From positions 32,001-96,000 of the forward strand of contig JAGMCR010000011.1 of assembly GCA_023129115.1 (NCBI GenBank): a stretch of 64,000 nt of DNA, written 5' to 3'. The stretch's first letter is position 1. Each line of letters starts with the position of its first letter. The stretch is from Candidatus Iainarchaeum sp. (GTDB lineage Archaea > B1Sed10-29 > WALL01). The position numbers and the translations under genes are program-made. Positions 56,801 to 64,000 of the stretch are shown piece after piece. A model generated the notes under the pieces. That model was not told the origin of the DNA and ran no database searches. It saw nothing but the letters and a program-made list of their open reading frames with translations.

Positions 56801-59800
56801 GCGCGCCCTGCTGGAGGAGCTCTGCGTAGTCCATTGAGTCGTCAATGAAGTTCCCTGACACTGTGTCCTGGTCAATGTCGTAGCACATGTCCGAGATGGT
56901 CCACGTCCCCGCGTTCTCAAGCATTTTGGCTGCCTTGTTGGTTGCCGAGGGTATTGGGGTGTGGCCCCATTCAGTGTCGAACGAGAGCGTGAGCGAGCCC
57001 TCGTTGCCCGCCACGTCCCGGCACTTTATGTAGTAGGTGTACGCGTTCTCGTCGAACAGCATCATCCTGTGGTAATGCGATGTCGCGTACTGTGTGTCGA
57101 GTGGCATCATGCTTGCCCACGCCTCGCTCTCGGCGGAGTACCTGCACAGCGCCGGCTCGTCCGTGCCCACTGTCCACATGTACTCGTACCACTCGTTGAT
57201 GTCCGGCGTCGGGTCCGCTATGACCGCGGCCTCGGCTTCCGTGACCACCGGCGCATCAGTGTCTATGCCGAAGTCGTACGCCACCTCTGCGTTGCCGCCG
57301 CCGGCCTTCGCGAACACCGTGCCGCCGTCGTCGGTGAGCGCGATGTAGACGCGGTACGGCCCGGTCGTCTCTGCCCCGGTGTTCCATGCGCCCGCGTTCG
57401 CCCATTCCACGCCCAGGTCGAGGCTGCTGCCCGCGCCGACCAGGATGGGCTCGTTCGAGACAGTGGCCACGTCCACCCAGCTGCCGGTGTTCTTCTGGAC
57501 CTTCATGAGGAGCTTGCCGTCAACCGCGCGCGACCCGTCGTTCATTACTTCGCTCTTGCCCGCCATTGCCTCGGCCTCGCCCCACGTGACTCTTGGGGCG
57601 CCCACCTGGAAGGCCTGCGGGTCGGGCTCGCCCGCTATGAGCAGGCCGTCGGAGTACGCGCCGCCGCCCTGGTCCCCGCCAAGGTCGCCGCTCACCCACT
57701 CCTGTGCGCCCGCCGTGTCGAAGACATAGACCAAATCATTGTTCCACGCGGCGACCAGCTCCACAGCGCCGTCGTGGTCGACGTCGCCGAACATTGGCTG
57801 CATGGAGTACGAGCCCTTGTCAATCGGGCCGAGCTCAAGGTTGAACGTGCCGGTGTCCTCGACGTTGTACACGCGCACAGCACCACCGTACTCGCCAATG
57901 GCCACTTCGGTCCTGCCGTCCTGGTCCCAGTCCATTATGGAGCCCGTGCCGTGGTTGCTGCCCTGGTCCGGCCCAAGCCCGGTGTTCGTCATCCCGTCCT
58001 TGCTCCACTCGTAGACGCGCGGCTGGTCAGTGTCCCCGAAGACCATCTGGGCCCACTCGTTGTCGAACACGTACCCCGCTGCGCCGCTTGTGCCGCTGTT
58101 GTGTATGTCCCTCCACTTCTCTTCCTGCAGCCCGACGCCGTTGTAGCTGATTACGCTGAGGCCCTCGTCGTACCACTGGGCGCTCACTATTTCGGGCGTG
58201 CCGTCCATGTCCACGTCGCCGCATACTGTGCACGCCTTGTTGTCGATGCGCTTCTTGGTGCCGTACGCCTGGCCAGTGCTCACGCGGGCGTACTCCTCTG
58301 CGTAGCCGCTGCCTGTCCAGCCCCAGACCTCAATGCGGTCCTGGCCGTAGCCGGGTATGATTATTTCATCCAAGCCGTCCATGTCAATGTCACACGCTGT
58401 TACCTGCAGCGTGTCGTAGATAACTGTGACAAAGCTCCCGAGCAACTCGTACCCACTGCCGGTCCAGTGGTACACATACTTGGTGGTCCCAGTGTACGGT
58501 GCTATGATGAGCTCCGGCGTCCCGTCGCCGTTGGTGTCGGCTATGGCGAGCGCGGGGTAGTCTGCTGCCGCACTGGTCAGGATGTTGGTGACCACTTTGG
58601 TGACGCCGTTTATTACGTTGACCTCGCCCGTGTGCCCCGCCGTTATTATGTCCCTCACGCCGTCGCCGTTCAGGTCTGTCTCGGGGTAGAAGAACGTCTG
58701 CGAGAGCGGGATTTGCGTTGGCGCGCCCCTGTCCACTCCGTCGAACACGAGCCAAAAGTACCTTGTCGCGTCGGCGGTCGTGGCGCCGTCGAGCACAAAG
58801 TCAATCCTGCCGGCGGCCTTCGTGAGCGCGTTGTAGTCGCTGCCCAGGTGGTAGAACCGCGACGCCTTCTCGCCGATTACCTGGCCGCTGGAACTCACTT
58901 CCACAACGCGGTAGCAGTTGTCGCACATGGACGTGCCTGCGCCGCCCGCGCCGTCGAAGAGCTTGGTGAAGTCCACGAGCAGGCTCATCTTGTAGTCCGT
59001 GCGCGCGTACTGGTTGTTGTCCACGGTGAACGGCGCCTTGTACAGCCACTGCTGGCCCAGTATCGTGTCACTGGCCGGGCCGGTGAGGTACACGCCCGTG
59101 TTTCCGCCGTGCACCTGCCTCACTGTCCCCGCAGTCATTGTCACGTCGACAGTGCCGATGGTGACTTGGCCGGGGGAGTAGTCCTTGGCAGTGCCGCCCT
59201 CGCCGTCGTTCGCCTCGCACCAGATGTAGTACGAGCCCGTGGCCCACGCGGAGACGTCGCATGACTCTGTGCCGTCGTTCGTGCTGCCGGTGAAGCACGT
59301 GTACGTCTGGTCCCAGCCCGCGGCGTCCGCGTCGCCGTAGCAGCTGATTGTCGGGCTGGTCTCGATGTCGCTCGCCGTCCAGTTCACTGTGTACGACGCG
59401 TCTGCGCTCGCGCCCCCGCCCGGCGGCGCGGTGACCTCGATGGTGGGGAGGTCGTTCACTGACGCGACATTGATTGTGAACGAGTCGTCCGCCGTGGCGT
59501 AAGTGTCGCTCGCCCTGATTGTGCATGACGCCGCGCCGAACCAGTTGTCGGCGGGCCTTATCCACAGCTCCCTGCCGTTGGTGCCGTTTGTCTTGCAGTC
59601 CACCTGCGCTGCGTTTTCTGTCAGCACGGTGAATGTGAGCGTGTCGCCGTCGCAGTCAGTGGCCTGGCCGCCGCCAGTCACGCTTAGGTCAGAGTCAATC
59701 CTCATCCACCCATCGTCCTCGTTCTTGTTGATTGGGTCGGTTATTGCCTGCGTCCACACAGGCACCTGGTTGGCTATCACGCAGTCCACTGTGCTGGACC

Positions 59801-62800
59801 ACCCTGTCTCGTCGTTCGGGGTGTCGTCGTTCCGCGCCTTTATTTTGTAGCTGTACGTGGAGCGCGGTGCCGTGAGCCCGGTGTCCGTGAATGTTGGCGT
59901 GGTCTGGCTCGTGGAGCGCACCCACCCGGAGTTGCTCTCGCCGCCGTTGCTGGTGGTGGGCTCTATGTAGTACTCCGTGGCCACGGTTGTGCCCATGTCC
60001 GGGGTGAGCGTGCACGAGTACGTCCCCGCGCTGCAGCCCTGGCTTGTGTAGGACAAAGTTGGCGCCACTGCGTGCGTGTGCTTGCACGCCTGCGAGCCAT
60101 AGCCGCCGATGTTTCCGCCGTTGTCCCGGGCGCGCACGCGGTAGCAGAACTCTGTGTTCGGCGAGAGCCCGCCGTCGACATAGCCGCTCGCGACCCACCC
60201 ACTGTCCGTGCCGCCGTCATCGATGCCGACTGTGTTGTCGGCCTGGTAGTCATCACTGTCAGTGCCGGTGGTGACTGTGGTCTTGCTGATTTTGTGGAGC
60301 TCGCAGTCGTCCCACCATGTCTGGCCCGTGGCTGTCCCCAGCGTGTACCTTAGGAGGCGCACGTCGCCCGACGCGCCGGACCTGAAGACAGTGTATATCC
60401 TCGTCCAGTCCGTTGTGCCGCTCGTGCTGGTGAAGTCCAGGGTCGTGAACTGGTGCTCGGGCCATATCCTCGTATACCCGGCGGTTAGCGCTGTCTTGAC
60501 CATGCACTCCGCGATGTATTCCGTGTTCGCCTCGACGTCAGTGCCTATGATGAAGTCCGAGCCGGCGTACCTTGTGCTCGCGCTCGTGTCCTGCCTAAGT
60601 GAATAGTCGCCAGTGTACGCGACAGAGCTGTCTACTGTGTACCCGTTGCTGACGACGCTCCCGGCCCTGAAGTAGCACGGGGTTGCCGTCTTTTCACATC
60701 CCCCGTCGTAAAACATGTTCTCATCGTTCCCCGCGTCGTCGAACGCCTTGATGTAGTGGTACCATGTGTCCCCGGTGTCAGTGACAGAAGCCCAGTTCAC
60801 GGCCATGCTGCCTGTGCCGACGCCCGTGAAGGTCGGCGTGGCGCCGTTTGGCGGGATTGTCGTGTCGCTCGCCTCGCTGTCCCCGTACTCGTCGTCTGCG
60901 ATGAGCGGTGTTACTTTGATGTCGTCAAATTCTGCGGCGGTATACAATGTCAGCAGGCCAATGTACCCTGTGGACATTGTGCTGTCCGTTAGATCCGCGA
61001 TGAGCACCCCATCCACATAGAACTTGAGGCTGCTTCCCACCACTTTTGCCTTCAGCTCGTGCCATTCATTCATGGTGAGGCTCGTTGCGCTTGACGTGAA
61101 TATGTACCCGGCATCCTGGTAGTCATAAACTCTCCACGTGTTGTCGTCTTGGTGGTGGAAGAACCCGTAGTACGTGTTAACGTCCTGCGCCCGCAGTATC
61201 AGCCCAACGTTTGGATACGCATGTGTGATTGATGTCGGCTTTACTTTGGCGGAAAACACGTAGTCAGTCCATCCCGAGCTGCCGGCAGTCAGCTTTTTCC
61301 ATCCTCCGCTACTTGCGTCGGACTGGGTTAGTTTTTCCGAGCTCACGGCCCAGGTGCCGCCGGTCACGGTCCATGTGGGGTTACTTGTATAGTCCCCATC
61401 AGTGAACTCGTCCAATAGCCCACCCACAGGCTCGTAAGCCCCGGTGGCAGCCGCGTTCCTGTACAGGCCGTGCGTGATAAGCCCCGAGTTCATGTCGTTC
61501 CGTATGTCGTCTTCACTGAGCGGGGTGCTGTAGACGCGGAACTCGTCCACAATGCCGAACTGCTGTGTTCCAGTGTGGTGGTTGCCAACGGTGTAAACGT
61601 CGGAAGTCGACTTCGCGGGCGAAATCCCTACCTGCTCGCCGTCAATATAAAATGTCGTGGTTGTGCCTGTCCCCACGGCGGCGATATGGTACCAGCCCGC
61701 CACCAAGCCGTCTGTGTCGAACCCACTGGAGTGGAAGCCACCGCCATTGTTTATGTAGGTCCCGAGCAGGCCAGTGGACTTTTGGACTATTATCTGGTGG
61801 TCTTCAGCCGTGCCCCTCGCCAGCGTGTTCCAGTTCGCGGCCGCGGCAAATGGGTACATGGCCCAGGCACTTATGGTCCAGTCGGCACCCAAATCCACTA
61901 CTGGGGTGAGCAGTACCTTGTCGGCTTCAGCAGCGAAGTCCAGTGCCCCGCCCGTGTACGGGCCGGTGTTGCCTGTTGCCACAGTCGCGCCGGTTAGTGC
62001 GCCGCTGACCCCTTGCGGGCCCCAGTCCTCTGCAACCCCGCCCTCGAAAGGCATGTACAGCACGAGCCCCGCGTCTCCCTGGTCCCACGTTAAGTCCACC
62101 TCGTTCGCCACGAGGTCCGCCGTTGCGGTCAGGTCCGGCGTCGCTGGCGCAGTTCTGTCGATTGGCCCGATGGTCGCGGACGAGCCGCTGTAGCCGGTCG
62201 AGTCACCACCGCCGTTTGCCGCCATGACCGAGAACGTGTAGGCTGCGTTGTCCGGCAGGTTCAAGTCAATCCCGCTCGCCCCGCCCCACGCGGAATACAT
62301 CTGGGCGACTTGGCCCGCGCCGAGCGTGCCGTCCGCCTGCAGGAAGTCCCCGCTGTTGTCCTCGCGAATCGTGTATGTCACAGACGCACCATTAGTGCTG
62401 GGGTCTATCACCAGGGTTATTCCAGTGAACTCGCTGTTCAGCGGCGCGTTAAGGTCCGTTGCAGTCGGCGCCCCTGGCGTGGCTGGCCAGGTCCACGTGT
62501 TTTGTGTCGATGAGTCGGCTGTGGTGAACCCGAACGAGTCCCTCGCCTTCACTGTGTAAGTGTACTGCTCGCCCGGCGTGAGCCCGGTGTCTGTGTACGT
62601 GTTGCTCGTGCCCCAGGTCCTGTCGTGGCACCCGCCTGTCACGCACGTGAAGTAGTACTCCACGCTGCCGGGCGCGCACCCGACGTCAGAGACTGCGGTG
62701 GCCGCGATGTCAATCGAAGTGGTCTCGCCGCCCGGCGAGGGCTCGATGGTGCTTATGGTCGGCTGGTTCGGGGGCGCGCGGTCGATTTCTATGGGGCCAA

Positions 62801-64000
62801 TGGTGTGCTCGGTCTCGGTGTTGCTTAGGGTGTCTATTGATTTGTACTCAAACCACCACGTGCACGCATTGTCCGCGGCGCATGGGATTGCGACCGGGCC
62901 GGTGTAAGTCGTGGTCGCACTGCACGTGCTACTTGCGAGGCAGTATTTTATCTCGTCAACGCCCGCCGCGCCCGTGTCCACCGCGCTGAGCACGGCGTTG
63001 CTCGGCTCGGTCGACCGGCACTCTGCAACCAGCCCGCTGGTCTCGGTTGTTGTCGGCGCGGTGTTGTCGATGTTGATTACGTTGAGGTTCGTAATCCAGT
63101 CGCTGGTCTGGGCAACACTGTCGAACGCCCTGCACCTGAGGTCAACACCGGTTTGTGTCGAGTATCCAGTGACGTCCCAGTAGTACTCGCATTCTCCAAT
63201 GCCTTCACACCAGTCTGGATAAGGGTTCCCAACGGCAGCAGGGACTGGGCCATACCATCCAGTGCCCTCGCCAGTGTCCCAGTACGCCTCGAGCTCGTAG
63301 CAGAACTCGCCCGTCATCTCGCCCTCGCTGCACCCGAAGGCGCCGTCCGCGTCGGTCGAGCCACTGCACACAATGGGTACCATGCCCAGTTCGTATGGCC
63401 CTCCGTACGTGGTCGTTGTGTCTGGCGTGAGGGTCGTCGGCGTGGTCGGCGGGGTGTTGCACGCGGCCGGGTCGTTGTACGCGTTGTCGATTTCGCGGAA
63501 GTACAGCTTGTTGTCGTACGTCCGCCCGTAAATCGAGCCTATGTACCCCCCGGAGCACGCGGGCGCGCGCTTCTCAATGCCCTGGTTCCCACTGTTCCCG
63601 TACGAGTTGAGTATGACCTGGGCGCCGAGCCCCGTGGACGCGTCGTACCGCTTGTAGTACACGTCTCCAGCGGTCCCACTCCTCCCAGAGTAGGTGTAGT
63701 ACATGTTGCCCGCGGCGTCGCCGCCGACGTTCCCCCAGTTCGAGTAAACGGTAGAAACCGTCCCCGTGGTCCACGAGCTCGAGGTGAGCGCGCCTGTGTA
63801 CCCGTAGTAATCATAGTTGCTCACGCCCTGGAACGCCATGTGGAGCTTGTTGTTCGCGGCGACCACGACACCGCATGACTGCACGTTGCTGGTGGCGCCG
63901 GCGAGTGTGTCGTACCCAGCGGTCGACCCGTCTATCCTCTTCCATGACGCGCCGTTGTCGCTGGACTGCGTGTAGACACAGCGCCTCAGTGAAGTCGTGG
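53886..64000 (-). CDS. Giant adhesin, >3370 aa, 5' end outside the window: BNR/Asp-box, Fn3/Ig, LamG, DUF1080-like, CBM4/9-like and two FG-GAP/VCBS propellers
   Basis: The frame stays open from 63884 to 64000 (...YTQSSDNGASWKR...). Multiple DxDxDG/ADFD motifs; FGIVDEFRVY; WTDYVFSAKV...FDDIKVT; WWDDCEL. Confidence 0.9.
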   Translation of the reverse strand, partial: TTSLRRCVYTQSSDNGASWKRIDGSTAGYDTLAGATSNVQSCGVVVAANNKLHMAFQGVSNYDYYGYTGALTSSSWTTGTVSTVYSNWGNVGGDAAGNMYYTYSGRSGTAGDVYYKRYDASTGLGAQVILNSYGNSGNQGIEKRAPACSGGYIGSIYGRTYDNKLYFREIDNAYNDPAACNTPPTTPTTLTPDTTTTYGGPYELGMVPIVCSGSTDADGAFGCSEGEMTGEFCYELEAYWDTGEGTGWYGPVPAAVGNPYPDWCEGIGECEYYWDVTGYSTQTGVDLRCRAFDSVAQTSDWITNLNVINIDNTAPTTTETSGLVAECRSTEPSNAVLSAVDTGAAGVDEIKYCLASSTCSATTTYTGPVAIPCAADNACTWWFEYKSIDTLSNTETEHTIGPIEIDRAPPNQPTISTIEPSPGGETTSIDIAATAVSDVGCAPGSVEYYFTCVTGGCHDRTWGTSNTYTDTGLTPGEQYTYTVKARDSFGFTTADSSTQNTWTWPATPGAPTATDLNAPLNSEFTGITLVIDPSTNGASVTYTIREDNSGDFLQADGTLGAGQVAQMYSAWGGASGIDLNLPDNAAYTFSVMAANGGGDSTGYSGSSATIGPIDRTAPATPDLTATADLVANEVDLTWDQGDAGLVLYMPFEGGVAEDWGPQGVSGALTGATVATGNTGPYTGGALDFAAEADKVLLTPVVDLGADWTISAWAMYPFAAAANWNTLARGTAEDHQIIVQKSTGLLGTYINNGGGFHSSGFDTDGLVAGWYHIAAVGTGTTTTFYIDGEQVGISPAKSTSDVYTVGNHHTGTQQFGIVDEFRVYSTPLSEDDIRNDMNSGLITHGLYRNAAATGAYEPVGGLLDEFTDGDYTSNPTWTVTGGTWAVSSEKLTQSDASSGGWKKLTAGSSGWTDYVFSAKVKPTSITHAYPNVGLILRAQDVNTYYGFFHHQDDNTWRVYDYQDAGYIFTSSATSLTMNEWHELKAKVVGSSLKFYVDGVLIADLTDSTMSTGYIGLLTLYTAAEFDDIKVTPLIADDEYGDSEASDTTIPPNGATPTFTGVGTGSMAVNWASVTDTGDTWYHYIKAFDDAGNDENMFYDGGCEKTATPCYFRAGSVVSNGYTVDSSVAYTGDYSLRQDTSASTRYAGSDFIIGTDVEANTEYIAECMVKTALTAGYTRIWPEHQFTTLDFTSTSGTTDWTRIYTVFRSGASGDVRLLRYTLGTATGQTWWDDCELHKISKTTVTTGTDSDDYQADNTVGIDDGGTDSGWVASGYVDGGLSPNTEFCYRVRARDNGGNIGGYGSQACKHTHAVAPTLSYTSQGCSAGTYSCTLTPDMGTTVATEYYIEPTTSNGGESNSGWVRSTSQTTPTFTDTGLTAPRSTYSYKIKARNDDTPNDETGWSSTVDCVIANQVPVWTQAITDPINKNEDDGWMRIDSDLSVTGGGQATDCDGDTLTFTVLTENAAQVDCKTNGTNGRELWIRPADNWFGAASCTIRASDTYATADDSFTINVASVNDLPTIEVTAPPGGGASADASYTVNWTASDIETSPTISCYGDADAAGWDQTYTCFTGSTNDGTESCDVSAWATGSYYIWCEANDGEGGTAKDYSPGQVTIGTVDVTMTAGTVRQVHGGNTGVYLTGPASDTILGQQWLYKAPFTVDNNQYARTDYKMSLLVDFTKLFDGAGGAGTSMCDNCYRVVEVSSSGQVIGEKASRFYHLGSDYNALTKAAGRIDFVLDGATTADATRYFWLVFDGVDRGAPTQIPLSQTFFYPETDLNGDGVRDIITAGHTGEVNVINGVTKVVTNILTSAAADYPALAIADTNGDGTPELIIAPYTGTTKYVYHWTGSGYELLGSFVTVIYDTLQVTACDIDMDGLDEIIIPGYGQDRIEVWGWTGSGYAEEYARVSTGQAYGTKKRIDNKACTVCGDVDMDGTPEIVSAQWYDEGLSVISYNGVGLQEEKWRDIHNSGTSGAAGYVFDNEWAQMVFGDTDQPRVYEWSKDGMTNTGLGPDQGSNHGTGSIMDWDQDGRTEVAIGEYGGAVRVYNVEDTGTFNLELGPIDKGSYSMQPMFGDVDHDGAVELVAAWNNDLVYVFDTAGAQEWVSGDLGGDQGGGAYSDGLLIAGEPDPQAFQVGAPRVTWGEAEAMAGKSEVMNDGSRAVDGKLLMKVQKNTGSWVDVATVSNEPILVGAGSSLDLGVEWANAGAWNTGAETTGPYRVYIALTDDGGTVFAKAGGGNAEVAYDFGIDTDAPVVTEAEAAVIADPTPDINEWYEYMWTVGTDEPALCRYSAESEAWASMMPLDTQYATSHYHRMMLFDENAYTYYIKCRDVAGNEGSLTLSFDTEWGHTPIPSATNKAAKMLENAGTWTISDMCYDIDQDTVSGNFIDDSMDYAELLQQGAHEGNIGNSAHLDCDTETSCTVNWGPNAFSKGDVDYRVSCTDHSGMTGALGVHNYGIRADTSWGSPTQSGTPTIEEEGAADLEYRETITIDNSVGGDVRSAGWYYDESKGLDAGVDSWTLYDGQVCSGTAEASEEYIFVIDDYERAYMVHSYGDGSFSQLVYLGDYGNRMPRSSTMADFDNDGDYDVIINDYGAISMLRKTGYESFTEVAIATVSGWTNNYMMCTAAADFNNDGNYDFIAAPNVISQVYRFLGDGTGGFTYEAIQGKPSGSIRECDAADFDMDGNMDFAISGNGGTVIWYGLGTGLFEAPVVADGDANTWDSYSFAAADFTGDGLPDFIRSEGGGGAHSLFKNMGGDPATFSYQGVVFDTDDHGGGGAFDFDHDGDQDYVVSYENHVDRSVDIFLNDGDGTSFTRRQTLHYDGISGLSYAVAAPEYDPDIDTAIKDYTAQTANPAVWESHAPYHTTEYESLCYTWDNALTASDCVPEQDTGSTTVAGGTAYEQCTVTVSNTAAEAASASLQDACDDGAYWDGVGESQTGDSYAAVDCGAKTVSPTAGGNDQYTFKWSEAGTITLVENGWGPNGTCSQYETHQQYRTETVDFTNTDPIAFNGVSWSVSPEGGYTCITCSGTFNIAASGAAQETAEAKAWCNTLPPNPTTLTPTSVVTRGGDSPLVAITCASAVDADGDSITYQIEANYSGGWHDIGGCSSGSCNWDVSLVATQTGVDLRCRAWDGYGWSVGYKTNNDVVDIDNSAPSPVSTDGAPADWTEATSPATVTCSDVGTAGCDTGTYKIYTTGAAGACPQDYGSYTLPSPSDITSHVWVCAAAKDTLGNIGYQAAGIEFKVDQAAPPAPVLTAVQYTNVECPTFQWTEASDTGGSGIKDYELEVARDTGWATDPVGTDNDGFDTGWIAKGTYCSAGTCSYTPSTTHWCPVGPYGGPDGMDACLCQGKWVWRVRARDNALAPGPWAQEI

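Noticed and set aside
1-64000. Diversity-generating retroelement, intein or CRISPR-Cas as the source of surface variation
   Set aside because: I found no reverse transcriptase, adenine-specific repeat pair, intein motifs or cas genes in the window.

Overview
GC-rich archaeal DNA (TATA boxes, GGTGA/GAGG ribosome-binding sites, PAC2, deoxyhypusine synthase). The gene families suggest a DPANN lineage such as Diapherotrites or Micrarchaeota, which is an inference. About 80% of the window encodes cell-envelope functions. (i) 1-18612: three tandem paralogous giant surface proteins with N-terminal anchors; one is missing from the ORF track and runs off the left edge. (ii) 18657-36395: a type IV pilus/T2SS-like locus with an ATPase, a membrane platform protein, eight class III signal-peptide proteins, an exosortase/archaeosortase and a 1532-aa candidate sortase substrate. 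Five of these envelope transcription units share an extended TATA motif, TTTATATACTC. (iii) 36409-39903: housekeeping genes. (iv) 40980-44216: a second Tad-like operon whose ATPase is fused to a four-cluster [4Fe-4S] ferredoxin. (v) Five to six toxin-antitoxin pairs, two of them convergent PIN/RHH pairs, plus a frameshifted IS1341-type tnpB. (vi) 47896-64000: a repeating cassette of secreted Ig/Fn3 adhesins and small membrane anchors. Two proteins there stop one beta-strand short of a complete domain, and the next secreted protein begins with a matching strand, suggesting head-to-tail donor-strand assembly. Non-coding signals include an inverted pair of REP-like hairpins, 27-bp G-rich tandem repeats and a candidate structured RNA. 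All domain calls are by-eye motif recognition; no database searches were run.
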